Virus record (IMG/VR): IMGVR_UViG_3300013101_000085
Coordinates: 1-25,155 of that record
Length of the DNA stretch: 25,155 nt
Origin: a virus
Lineage: Duplodnaviria; Caudoviricetes
Strand: one strand, 5' to 3'
In this document: in pieces, positions 17,183 through 25,155 of the stretch
Position numbering within the stretch: the stretch's first letter is position 1
Layout: each line of letters opens with the position of its first letter
Program-made: the position numbers and the translations under genes
The notes under the pieces: model-generated
The model's database searches: none
The model's input: the letters and a program-made list of their open reading frames with translations, nothing else
Told to the model about the DNA's origin: nothing

Positions 17183-20100
17183 TTAATGTACTACCTTTAA
17201 AACATCTACGGTTCTATATAATTCACCAACAGACAATCCACCTGTTTTAGCTGATGCATTATCTGTAAACTGTTGTAATCCAAGAGAACTATCAGCAACA
17301 AATGGAGTTCCAACACATCCATTTGATGATAAAACTATCCAGTTACTAACACCGTCACTCATAAAACAATGTGTAATACTAGTATTGATAACCCTGTAAG
17401 AAAATGGATGGTTATTGATACTGTCACCACCAGAACCTGCCATATATATACTAACACTATTATCGAGTGGAGCATTGATTTTAAAATAAAATCTAAATCC
17501 AGCATTTTCAGATGTTATTTTAGGCATATATCCTAGACTATAAGGAAATGTGGCTAGATCTATAAGAAAACAAGTATTTACATCTTCGTCTAGTACATAC
17601 AATGCACCAGTAACAGCTACTTCAAAATGGACTATCTTTAATGGAGAGTCACCCATAAAAGAACTTGTTTTAATTCTCTTTTTATTCCAATTATCGGAAC
17701 TATCTTCTATAAGCAAAATATCATCTACTTCAACTGTAGTCTTTTCTGGGATGTTATTTATTTCATTAGGTGTTTCTGAATGAATGGCTGTTGTAATTCC
17801 AGGGTAATCTTCTGTTGTTAAAGTTCCACTTGCTGATGGAGTTGTGAGGGATATATCTGAATCGGAATTAAACACCACCTTATTTAAAGAATTAGAAACA
17901 ACAAATGTAGCAGCTTGTACACCAGGATCTGGTAGATAGTACATAATATCCTGATTGTGGTGTAAATTAGATATGGTGATATGATGTTGGTGAGGCATAT
18001 CACTAAAAATCATAGATAAAGATCCTTCAGCATGTCCTCCATCACCATGAGTTGATACAAAACTACGAGCATATAACCATTGATTTTCCCAACTATTTTT
18101 AGACAAGAGTGTCCAAGTGTCTACACCATCATGAATAAGAGTACACGAAAAAGTTAATCCAATAAAAATATCACCACCATTAATATAATTATTGAATCCA
18201 CTTTCTACTTTAAGTGAAGTAGTTAATGATGCTTGTCTAGATGTTACTACAATAGATTGTCCAGGTGTTGAACTATCTATAATTGGCAATGTTATAACAA
18301 TATCATTTTGTGAACTATCACATATGTATTGTTTCCAATAATCACCTGATGTTAAACTAAGTGAAGAGGTAGTATTAACTATTGTATATCCAGGAGTAGA
18401 AGTGCCACCAGAAAAATATGCTTTCTTTTTTGCAAAAGAATCAGAAGCATCTTCTATAAGAATAATATCTAATTCGGTTGGGTTGCTTTTTAGTGCAACA
18501 TTACCATTTATTTCATTAGAAGCATTGTAGTGTATGGCATATGGATCAGCACCAGAACCATGTTGATTCACATAATTAATCATGGAATTCATATTGACAC
18601 CATGATGTAATACTGACCAATCTGGGTCTTGCATATTAATCACACGATGAGGAATTACAACACCTTCTCCTTGTGCTTCGTCTCCACCCAAATCAAGATC
18701 TTCATCTAATGGATCTGTACCGTCATCATGATCTTTTTCATGTGATAAAGCCCTAAGAGGAATTAGAGCGTTTTCAATATATTCTACAGTAGTAGCGTTA
18801 TTAAGATCTGCTTGTGTTGGAGTTACTACATTATGAATACTATTGTTACCCATATCAAGAGATTGAACTTGTGACCCTAGGCGCTTAATCTGTAATGGAT
18901 CAATTTTAACCATTATAGTATCTCCCGGAGTAGTGGTGTCATATGTATCAATGTAAATAGATCCTATAGGTTCGTATGGATTATTTATATTGATATTCAT
19001 AAATTTCATATTACCTATATAATATTCAGGGTCTGGACGATTTGATTCTTGTAATAAGCCCCAAAGACATGAAGTAGGTGTTCCCTCCATGACATCATTT
19101 CTTTTATCGGGTGAAATCAATAGGGCCATAACAACTCCAAATCCCTTTAATATCATTTCTTCTTTTTTACCCTCAGCTTGTCCCTGTATAAAATCAGTAA
19201 CATAACTTGATGGAAGAGAACTGTTTTCAAATCTATTAGAAGCTACAATATAACTATTAGGATCTATATTTTCAGAAGATCCTGCTATTCTAGTTCTATT
19301 CATTATTGGTACAATGGTACTATATGTACCTTCGTATTCTTTTCTAGAAACAAAATTAGCAAATATTGGAATAGATACTTCTATCGGAACATTGTCTGAT
19401 TTTGCATCAATTTTATATTTTACCATTGAAAATGAAGTCATAAATCTAAAACCACCGTGTGGATATCCCTGATTATAGTGTCTTCTTGCAATTGGTTTTA
19501 TCATCTTAAGAACATAATCTGGTACATTACCACTTTGAACAAGGGCACCAAGCCTTTCTGAACTATACAAATCCTCATTAAAGGTAGGATCATCAATCCT
19601 AGGTAACCAGAAAGGAAAACTTATCTCTATACTATCATCTACATTTTTCGATTGAAAAAGAGATGAAGACTTATCATAAGAAGTTTGATTTGGGAAAACA
19701 ATATTTGATATTTTCATAATATTTTTATAATTGATTTGATCATATTCAATATCAGAAACCAAAGAAAAACTATCATTATCATTGCCATCCCCAACCCCTA
19801 CAGTCTCATATCCTAGTGGTACTATTTGTAGGTAAGGTGCACCGACTGGACCTCCATCTTCAATACGAACTCTTCTTGACCAATCAACATGTTGAGCATC
19901 ATCTTGAAACCACTTTCCAATAGACTTTATTATGGGACCAGGAAGCCCTGGTATTGGAGGAATTGTTCTATTTAAAGGAGGATCAATTAACTGAAAAATT
20001 ATATCTTGATATGAGAACGAACTAGGTTCAAATGTATTAAACATATGAACTCTTTGATACGGAGGATATGGAAATCCACCAGCATTAAGCCATAAATATG

Positions 20101-22438
20101 ACATTCCCCATCCAGGGACTATACTTGAAATATTACAATTATATAGTCCATCTGCATCTGTAATTGTCTCTGATAATATATTAAAAAATTGTCCTGGAAT
20201 TAAACCTGTAACTGGTGTTTGATGTACTTTTCTAAGTATGTTTATACTTTTTATTTCTACTCGTTCATTTAAAAACCCATCTGTTATTTGAAGGGTCTGT
20301 GGTTGTAAAAAATTTTCATAAACAGAAATATTTTTTAATTTAACATAATCTCCTTCTTTTCCATAAACTATACCTTTCATTGTATTTGTATAATTATCAT
20401 TAACAGATACAACATCAATAAGCATATTGTCTTCTATAGCACTTACTCTCTCTTTTAATCCATCTATAGATCGTCCATTTTCTGTAATTTTAACATCTAA
20501 TCCGTCAACATCAGCTTGCATTGTTTCGAGTTGTGCAGTTATTCCTTCAACTTCAGTGGTCAATAAATCTAATTCTACCTGTATACTAGCGGCTGCTGCT
20601 GCTGTTGCTATAGATGTTACACTCGCAAGATCCCAAGTTATATGCTCTAACATGCTTGATTTTCTATCATCAGTAAAAAAAATACCATCATTGCTCACAT
20701 CTTTAAGATGAAGATTAAGTTCATCTTTTATCTTATTGAAGTCTAAAGTAAGTTCAAGTGCGTCACCGTCACCAGGATCTTTAAATCCAGTCCCTAATTT
20801 AATGGTTCTAAATAGAAGGCCACTCCCACTTTTTCCATCATATATAGGTGTATCTCCACCCTTATTTATACCATAGTTAACCTGACCACCCCCACCAGTA
20901 GGCAAATCACTTATTCGCACTCGTTTTTTTACTCTATTTGATGGAGTTTCTTCTTCTGATTCTTCCAATAAAAGATATGATGCATCCAGAGAACTTGATT
21001 TTCTATCTACTCCTGCATACTCATTAACTCCTTCCATATGAACTGCTGCTGCATCATGTCCTGTTGGAATTTGACCAAAAGTAATTTTACGTTTTTCACC
21101 AGGATTGGTTGGATCATCCATTGGCTTTTCTATCATAAAAACATCAGTTGTTGCTACCGTTGTTTCATGAACAATAGTATCGAACTCACCAACTCCATCA
21201 TAATGAATGGCTTTTGGATCTGTTGCATCGTTAGTCAAATCTCCATAATTTATATACTTTTTGGTATATCCATCATTATAGTCTTCAATTACTAATCTAT
21301 CATCAGCATCAAATGGTCCATTCTTTACATTCAATTGCGTTGCAAATTCATTAAAAATCTGATAATGGAAAAGTCCAGATTCAAACCCAGCCGACATAAT
21401 TTGCCATGAAATTCTTCGCTTATCAAAACCTTCTGTTTCTGAATTATAAACTTCTATTAAATATAAATCTGAAGCAGTGGCTACTGTTACGGCTTCTGCA
21501 GTAACAAACTCGTTAGATTCATTAGTATGTACGACATGTGTCATATCAAAATGACTATATATTTGAGATAAAGTCAATTTTCTTTTAAACCATTCTGGTG
21601 GCAAATTACCATCAGGTCTTTCTACAACAAAAACAATGTCGTCACCAGGAATTGCAATTGGACCAAGTTCATAGATTTCATTAGTTTTATCAACATGGAT
21701 AGCTTTGATATCTGTTACATTATTATCTATATAATGTTTTGTAACAAAATCAGTGTCTAAAATTGGATCTTCTCCGTTTTGAATTCTAAATCCGCCCATA
21801 TCAATAGCTTCGGTCATCACACCAAGTGTAGTATCTGTTCCTTGGACATGTTTTTTCGCTACAGCATCGTCTATATCTTGTCCAGGAGCAGAAATATCTT
21901 GGTGACTACTAACCAGTATGCTGTGTTCAGCAGTTTCTACACGCGCTATTGTAGTAACGTCTGCTAATGGTTCAATTCCACTTAATTTAGATCGCTCTTC
22001 AGTAAGATATTTTTTATATGTTATTCCATCTCCAATATCATCAATTGATAGATTTGTAGGTACAAAAGTTAATACAACCTCTGTATCAGTAGAATCTATT
22101 TCTAATGGAGATAACCCAGTAGGAAGTAATGGGCCTATGACTATTTTTTTAAATTCAAAAACTTTAGGATTGGTAGAATCACTTTTATAAATACCAACTC
22201 CAAGAGATCCAATATTTTGCGCTGTCTGATTTCCAACATCAGAAAATTTTATTTTCTTTTTAGAATCATCGTCTTGAGAATCTTCAATCATAATCCAATC
22301 ATCAGCTACTGGATTTAATTTTTCATTCATATGGACAAATTCATCGTTAATATTCCAATGTATTGCAGTAGCATCATTAGAAGTATCTCTTAAAACTATA
22401 TCATTTATTACAATGCCTTCTTTTATTTTAATAGCCAT
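17183..22438 (-). CDS. Giant repeat-built tail fibre/adhesin (1751 aa)
   Basis: Eight AIH..NE...LIED..D...KK repeats, neck-like motifs (DMGG..I.N..DP....FVTKHYID), a central coiled coil, and two DGV..W beta-sandwich-like domains near the C-terminus. Confidence 0.75.
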   Translation of the reverse strand: MAIKIKEGIVINDIVLRDTSNDATAIHWNINDEFVHMNEKLNPVADDWIMIEDSQDDDSKKKIKFSDVGNQTAQNIGSLGVGIYKSDSTNPKVFEFKKIVIGPLLPTGLSPLEIDSTDTEVVLTFVPTNLSIDDIGDGITYKKYLTEERSKLSGIEPLADVTTIARVETAEHSILVSSHQDISAPGQDIDDAVAKKHVQGTDTTLGVMTEAIDMGGFRIQNGEDPILDTDFVTKHYIDNNVTDIKAIHVDKTNEIYELGPIAIPGDDIVFVVERPDGNLPPEWFKRKLTLSQIYSHFDMTHVVHTNESNEFVTAEAVTVATASDLYLIEVYNSETEGFDKRRISWQIMSAGFESGLFHYQIFNEFATQLNVKNGPFDADDRLVIEDYNDGYTKKYINYGDLTNDATDPKAIHYDGVGEFDTIVHETTVATTDVFMIEKPMDDPTNPGEKRKITFGQIPTGHDAAAVHMEGVNEYAGVDRKSSSLDASYLLLEESEEETPSNRVKKRVRISDLPTGGGGQVNYGINKGGDTPIYDGKSGSGLLFRTIKLGTGFKDPGDGDALELTLDFNKIKDELNLHLKDVSNDGIFFTDDRKSSMLEHITWDLASVTSIATAAAAASIQVELDLLTTEVEGITAQLETMQADVDGLDVKITENGRSIDGLKERVSAIEDNMLIDVVSVNDNYTNTMKGIVYGKEGDYVKLKNISVYENFLQPQTLQITDGFLNERVEIKSINILRKVHQTPVTGLIPGQFFNILSETITDADGLYNCNISSIVPGWGMSYLWLNAGGFPYPPYQRVHMFNTFEPSSFSYQDIIFQLIDPPLNRTIPPIPGLPGPIIKSIGKWFQDDAQHVDWSRRVRIEDGGPVGAPYLQIVPLGYETVGVGDGNDNDSFSLVSDIEYDQINYKNIMKISNIVFPNQTSYDKSSSLFQSKNVDDSIEISFPFWLPRIDDPTFNEDLYSSERLGALVQSGNVPDYVLKMIKPIARRHYNQGYPHGGFRFMTSFSMVKYKIDAKSDNVPIEVSIPIFANFVSRKEYEGTYSTIVPIMNRTRIAGSSENIDPNSYIVASNRFENSSLPSSYVTDFIQGQAEGKKEEMILKGFGVVMALLISPDKRNDVMEGTPTSCLWGLLQESNRPDPEYYIGNMKFMNININNPYEPIGSIYIDTYDTTTPGDTIMVKIDPLQIKRLGSQVQSLDMGNNSIHNVVTPTQADLNNATTVEYIENALIPLRALSHEKDHDDGTDPLDEDLDLGGDEAQGEGVVIPHRVINMQDPDWSVLHHGVNMNSMINYVNQHGSGADPYAIHYNASNEINGNVALKSNPTELDIILIEDASDSFAKKKAYFSGGTSTPGYTIVNTTSSLSLTSGDYWKQYICDSSQNDIVITLPIIDSSTPGQSIVVTSRQASLTTSLKVESGFNNYINGGDIFIGLTFSCTLIHDGVDTWTLLSKNSWENQWLYARSFVSTHGDGGHAEGSLSMIFSDMPHQHHITISNLHHNQDIMYYLPDPGVQAATFVVSNSLNKVVFNSDSDISLTTPSASGTLTTEDYPGITTAIHSETPNEINNIPEKTTVEVDDILLIEDSSDNWNKKRIKTSSFMGDSPLKIVHFEVAVTGALYVLDEDVNTCFLIDLATFPYSLGYMPKITSENAGFRFYFKINAPLDNSVSIYMAGSGGDSINNHPFSYRVINTSITHCFMSDGVSNWIVLSSNGCVGTPFVADSSLGLQQFTDNASAKTGGLSVGELYRTVDVLKVVH

Positions 22439-22455
22439 AGGTATATTGTCTTTAT

Positions 22456-22977
22456 TTATTCTTTATGAATACCTTTTATAATATTGATTTTTTTAGTATC
22501 TGTTATATTTACAGGTTTAATACTTTCGGTAAATTTATCTATTATTTTCATCAATGCTTCTGGTAGTTCTGATGAACCAAATGTAGCATCTATATCAATA
22601 ACATTTTTTTTATCAGAAGTACCAGAAGAAATATTAAAGTGAGTTCTAGAAGTATTGTGACCATCAATAGATTTAAGATCTGTATTTTTTGGTTTTCCAA
22701 TACCATTTACTTTCATTTTAATATTTAATTTTTCAAGACGCATTGAGGACGGTGGAATTAAGGTTATTAGTGGAACTAACAATTTAGAATCACCTTGAGA
22801 TAATGATACATCTACCATTTTTGCATGAAAAGAACCATCAGGAGCAACATCAAAAAACTTATCCATCAGTTCAATATGATTGTGAATAGTTATTTTCCTA
22901 GCACTATCAGCAGCATGTTGTATGCCTTTTATTAAATCTGAAATGCTATGTTTATTTGATTTTTTAAATATACCCAT
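22456..22977 (-). CDS. DUF2589-like protein (second of pair)
   Basis: SDLIKGIQHAA, LLVPLITLIPPSSMRLEKLNI and C-terminal PEALMKIID match the DUF2589 pattern as I recall it. Paralogous to the neighbouring gene. Confidence 0.7.
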   Translation of the reverse strand: MGIFKKSNKHSISDLIKGIQHAADSARKITIHNHIELMDKFFDVAPDGSFHAKMVDVSLSQGDSKLLVPLITLIPPSSMRLEKLNIKMKVNGIGKPKNTDLKSIDGHNTSRTHFNISSGTSDKKNVIDIDATFGSSELPEALMKIIDKFTESIKPVNITDTKKINIIKGIHKE

Positions 22978-22980
22978 TAC

Positions 22981-23619
22981 TTATTGAGCTGCTTTTGAAT
23001 GAGATTTCCTATTAGGCATCTGTAAAAGCTTGCGAGAAGGTAATTCTCCACTATCTACCTTTCCTGTTACAACTGGTTTCAAGGCAGCTTGGGTCATAAA
23101 ATCAATAACCTTCATCAACCCCTCTGGTGGATCAATACGTTTAACTTCGGTATGAACAGAGTATTTAGCCGTTGTGTCTGTTTTTCGTGTTTGCTCTGAT
23201 TTATGAGACAAACTACCATGGACAGTAGCCTTAATAGGTCCCCATCCGACAGAAGCACTCAAACTACCTGACTTTGAATCAGTAGAATGACTTTCTGTAG
23301 CACTATGAACTGTAATTTCAAAATCAACAGTTCCTCGTTCTATTCCCATATTTGGATGAGAAATAGCTGCTATCAATGGAAGGGTCATCGTACGTTCACG
23401 GTTTCCAGTATAATTACCCTCTTTATCCGTCAATACTTCATCATATTTGAATTGAACATTAACAGCCTCACCATCTTTAACACAAACACTCATCAAAAAT
23501 TCAGCATATTGATGGCTTGCTCCTATCTGTGCTTGAATCATAGCGTTTAATGGAGATGCTATGAGTTTATCGAGTGGTAATGAACTTAACACTGAGCCTA
23601 CAAATTCTGTTTCTGACAT
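22981..23619 (-). CDS. DUF2589-like protein (first of pair)
   Basis: LPLDKLIASPLNAMIQAQ, LPLIAAISHPNMGIERGTVDFEI, SASVGWGP, TRKTDTTAKYSV and PPEGLMKVIDF. AAGGA SD upstream. Confidence 0.78.
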   Translation of the reverse strand: MSETEFVGSVLSSLPLDKLIASPLNAMIQAQIGASHQYAEFLMSVCVKDGEAVNVQFKYDEVLTDKEGNYTGNRERTMTLPLIAAISHPNMGIERGTVDFEITVHSATESHSTDSKSGSLSASVGWGPIKATVHGSLSHKSEQTRKTDTTAKYSVHTEVKRIDPPEGLMKVIDFMTQAALKPVVTGKVDSGELPSRKLLQMPNRKSHSKAAQ

Positions 23620-23635
23620 ATTAAATTTTCCTTAA

Positions 23636-24808
23636 TTAAATATTATCATCACTTGAACTATCGCTTGAACTATCATTTGAACTATCACTTGAATCATCGG
23701 ATGTGTCTGTTCGAATGGCAAAATCATCATTATTAAAACTTTCGTCTATCAATTGAAATGTTTCAGAATCCATATAGTCATCTATATAAAATGAAAAAGG
23801 CATAATTTTATTACATATCATTATAAAATTATCATCATCATCATCATCATCATAATCAAAATAATTATATAATTCTTGATCTGTTATTCTATATAAAAAT
23901 AGTTTAAATATTTTTTTAGTTAATTTGTGTATAGGCATAACTAATAAATACTTAGGATATTTATCGATAATATTAAGAATAATTTTTTCTGTTAAATAAT
24001 CTTTATTAAAAAATACAAATAGTTTAGGATTTTCTAAAGAAGTTATGGAACACATTTCTAATGTTTGAAATTTTTCTGGAATATATTCAATAAATTTACA
24101 ATTAATATCAAATACGTAATTACATAAATCTTGTGTTAATAAATCTTCATAATCGCTTGAAACAAAATCAAAAACATAAACATTATTTTTGATAGCTGTT
24201 TCAATAAGTTTGATATTAACTAGTTCATAAGGAATATGTATTAGTGCTAATCCATCAGAAGAGCACGCTGACATACACATAGCATTATCTATTAATTCTT
24301 TAGGGACTTCTATTATATTTGATCCCTTTAAAGAACATGCAGTTAAACATACATCATAAGTTCTAATTTCAATGGGAAGAAAATAAATACAAGATGGGTC
24401 GTTAGACAATGAAGTATTAGCTAAGTCCTGTGTAATAAATTTATATGTAAAATTTTGAATATTTTCAGGATTTAACTCACATGCAATTTCAACCATATCC
24501 TGAGTTAAAAATTCTTCAGGAAAAAGATGAATATCTTTTGGGATAGTTTCGAATCCAAACTGAACAATTTCTTGATTTAAAAAATTCTTTGGAACTTTAT
24601 ACGCTGATTTATTATATGTTCTTACCATTGTTATGAAGAAATCAATATTACGATAATTACCAGGCAATAATACTATACCCCTATCTGAAAAAGCTGCATA
24701 TGCTATATACATATCAAAAGTACGCTCTTCAATAGGAACTTCTTGGATTATTGAAGGATTTGCAATAATTAATTCTACATAGTGATCATATTCATCATGT
24801 ATACACAT
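23636..24808 (-). CDS. DUF4116-like 24-aa helical repeat protein with acidic tail
   Basis: About 12 tandem ~24-aa repeats (e.g. DPSCIYFLPIEIRTYDVCLTACSL, DGLALIHIPYELVNIKLIETAIKN) followed by a D7 run and a D/S-rich tail. Confidence 0.7.
   Translation of the reverse strand: MCIHDEYDHYVELIIANPSIIQEVPIEERTFDMYIAYAAFSDRGIVLLPGNYRNIDFFITMVRTYNKSAYKVPKNFLNQEIVQFGFETIPKDIHLFPEEFLTQDMVEIACELNPENIQNFTYKFITQDLANTSLSNDPSCIYFLPIEIRTYDVCLTACSLKGSNIIEVPKELIDNAMCMSACSSDGLALIHIPYELVNIKLIETAIKNNVYVFDFVSSDYEDLLTQDLCNYVFDINCKFIEYIPEKFQTLEMCSITSLENPKLFVFFNKDYLTEKIILNIIDKYPKYLLVMPIHKLTKKIFKLFLYRITDQELYNYFDYDDDDDDDNFIMICNKIMPFSFYIDDYMDSETFQLIDESFNNDDFAIRTDTSDDSSDSSNDSSSDSSSDDNI
23648..23693. repeat. 12-bp tandem repeat, about 4 copies (atcacttgaact consensus), encoding the SSDS-type tail
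   Basis: atcacttgaact / atcgcttgaact / atcatttgaact / atcacttgaa. Confidence 0.85.
23831..23851. repeat. (ATC)7 microsatellite encoding poly-Asp
   Basis: atcatcatcatcatcatcatc reads as GAT x7 on the coding strand. Confidence 0.9.
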
Positions 24809-24809
24809 A

Positions 24810-25070
24810 TTACTTCATCTCAATAATAGTATTATTCCCAAAAAGATCTAATGGTGTTTCTCTTGATTCTTCTTTACCACCACTATTATCACCTAAAATA
24901 AATGTAGCTAAATCTACGAAGGCTTTTGGGCTTAAAGATTCTATATTGCCTACTGGTATACCTTGTAACAAATCCATAATACTATCCATGATTATAGATC
25001 GCTGCTCATCCCCAATAGTTATATTACACCGATTCACATCCTTCCGAGGACGTCCTAATTTACCAGCCAT
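24810..25070 (-). CDS. Small GRPRK (AT-hook-like) DNA-binding protein; terminase small subunit candidate
   Basis: 86 aa from ATG 25070 with an AGGAG SD. N-terminal MAGKLGRPRK then a helical body. No other TerS candidate in the window. The TerS assignment is inference only. Confidence 0.5.
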   Translation of the reverse strand: MAGKLGRPRKDVNRCNITIGDEQRSIIMDSIMDLLQGIPVGNIESLSPKAFVDLATFILGDNSGGKEESRETPLDLFGNNTIIEMK

Positions 25071-25155
25071 GTTATTTCTCCTGTTCCTTCTTCTTCTCAT
25101 CATAATCTTTCTCAGCTTTCTCCATACGATTCTTATCTTCCTCTGTAGGATTATC
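25033..25155 (-). repeat. Terminal inverted repeat, right copy (123 bp, perfect)
   Basis: ttcacatccttccgaggacgtcc...ctctgtaggattatc is the reverse complement of 1..123. Confidence 0.98.
25072..25155 (-). CDS. Second copy of the truncated charged-protein 3' end (inside the repeat)
   Basis: Mirror image of 1..84. Confidence 0.6.
   Translation of the reverse strand, partial: DNPTEEDKNRMEKAEKDYDEKKKEQEK

Noticed and set aside
16652-17653. Diversity-generating retroelement TR/VR pair in the duplicated fibre tip
   Set aside because: Mismatches are not adenine-specific, run in both directions and are often synonymous; no reverse transcriptase is in the window.
752-23550. Short antisense ORFs in the track (e.g. 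752..937, 5815..6123, 9421..9717, 16440..16661, 16990..17172, 20427..20711, 23287..23550)
   Set aside because: All lie opposite long, well-supported genes and lack recognisable motifs; the two sharing a C-terminus merely read through the 54-bp repeat.
136-25070. Stop-codon reassignment (none of the main-gene stops I checked is TAG)
   Set aside because: ORFs are full length and tightly packed under code 11 with no TAG-fragmented genes; TAA preference is expected at low GC.
25071-25103. ORF-track N-terminal extension MMRRRRNRRNN of the 97-aa ORF
   Set aside because: It is an off-frame reading of the upstream gene's 3' end; ATG 25070 has a good AGGAG SD.
1-25155. tRNA/rRNA/structured ncRNA genes
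   Set aside because: Almost no intergenic space and no cloverleaf or GC-rich structured segment seen; a covariance-model scan was not possible.

Overview
An AT-rich (roughly 30% GC by eye) 25.2-kb tailed-phage segment containing almost only virion morphogenesis genes, bounded by a perfect 123-bp terminal inverted repeat (1..123 / 25033..25155). Two densely packed gene arms run inward from the repeat copies and meet with a 7-bp 3' overlap at 14582..14588. The left arm (+) is a P22-like podovirus head/tail/ejection module in P22 gene order: TerL, portal, scaffold, coat, adaptor, hub, needle/fibre, GNAT-like protein and three ejection proteins. The right arm (-) holds a GRPRK small protein (TerS candidate), a DUF4116-like 24-aa-repeat protein, a tandem DUF2589-like pair, a 1751-aa repeat-built fibre, a stand-alone 166-aa fibre-tip paralogue bracketed by a perfect 54-bp direct repeat, and a 680-aa paralogous fibre. 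I see no replication, integration, lysis or recombinase gene. The repeat begins mid-ORF, so it probably extends beyond the window as a collapsed longer inverted repeat. All protein family calls come from recalled motifs and gene order, not database searches.
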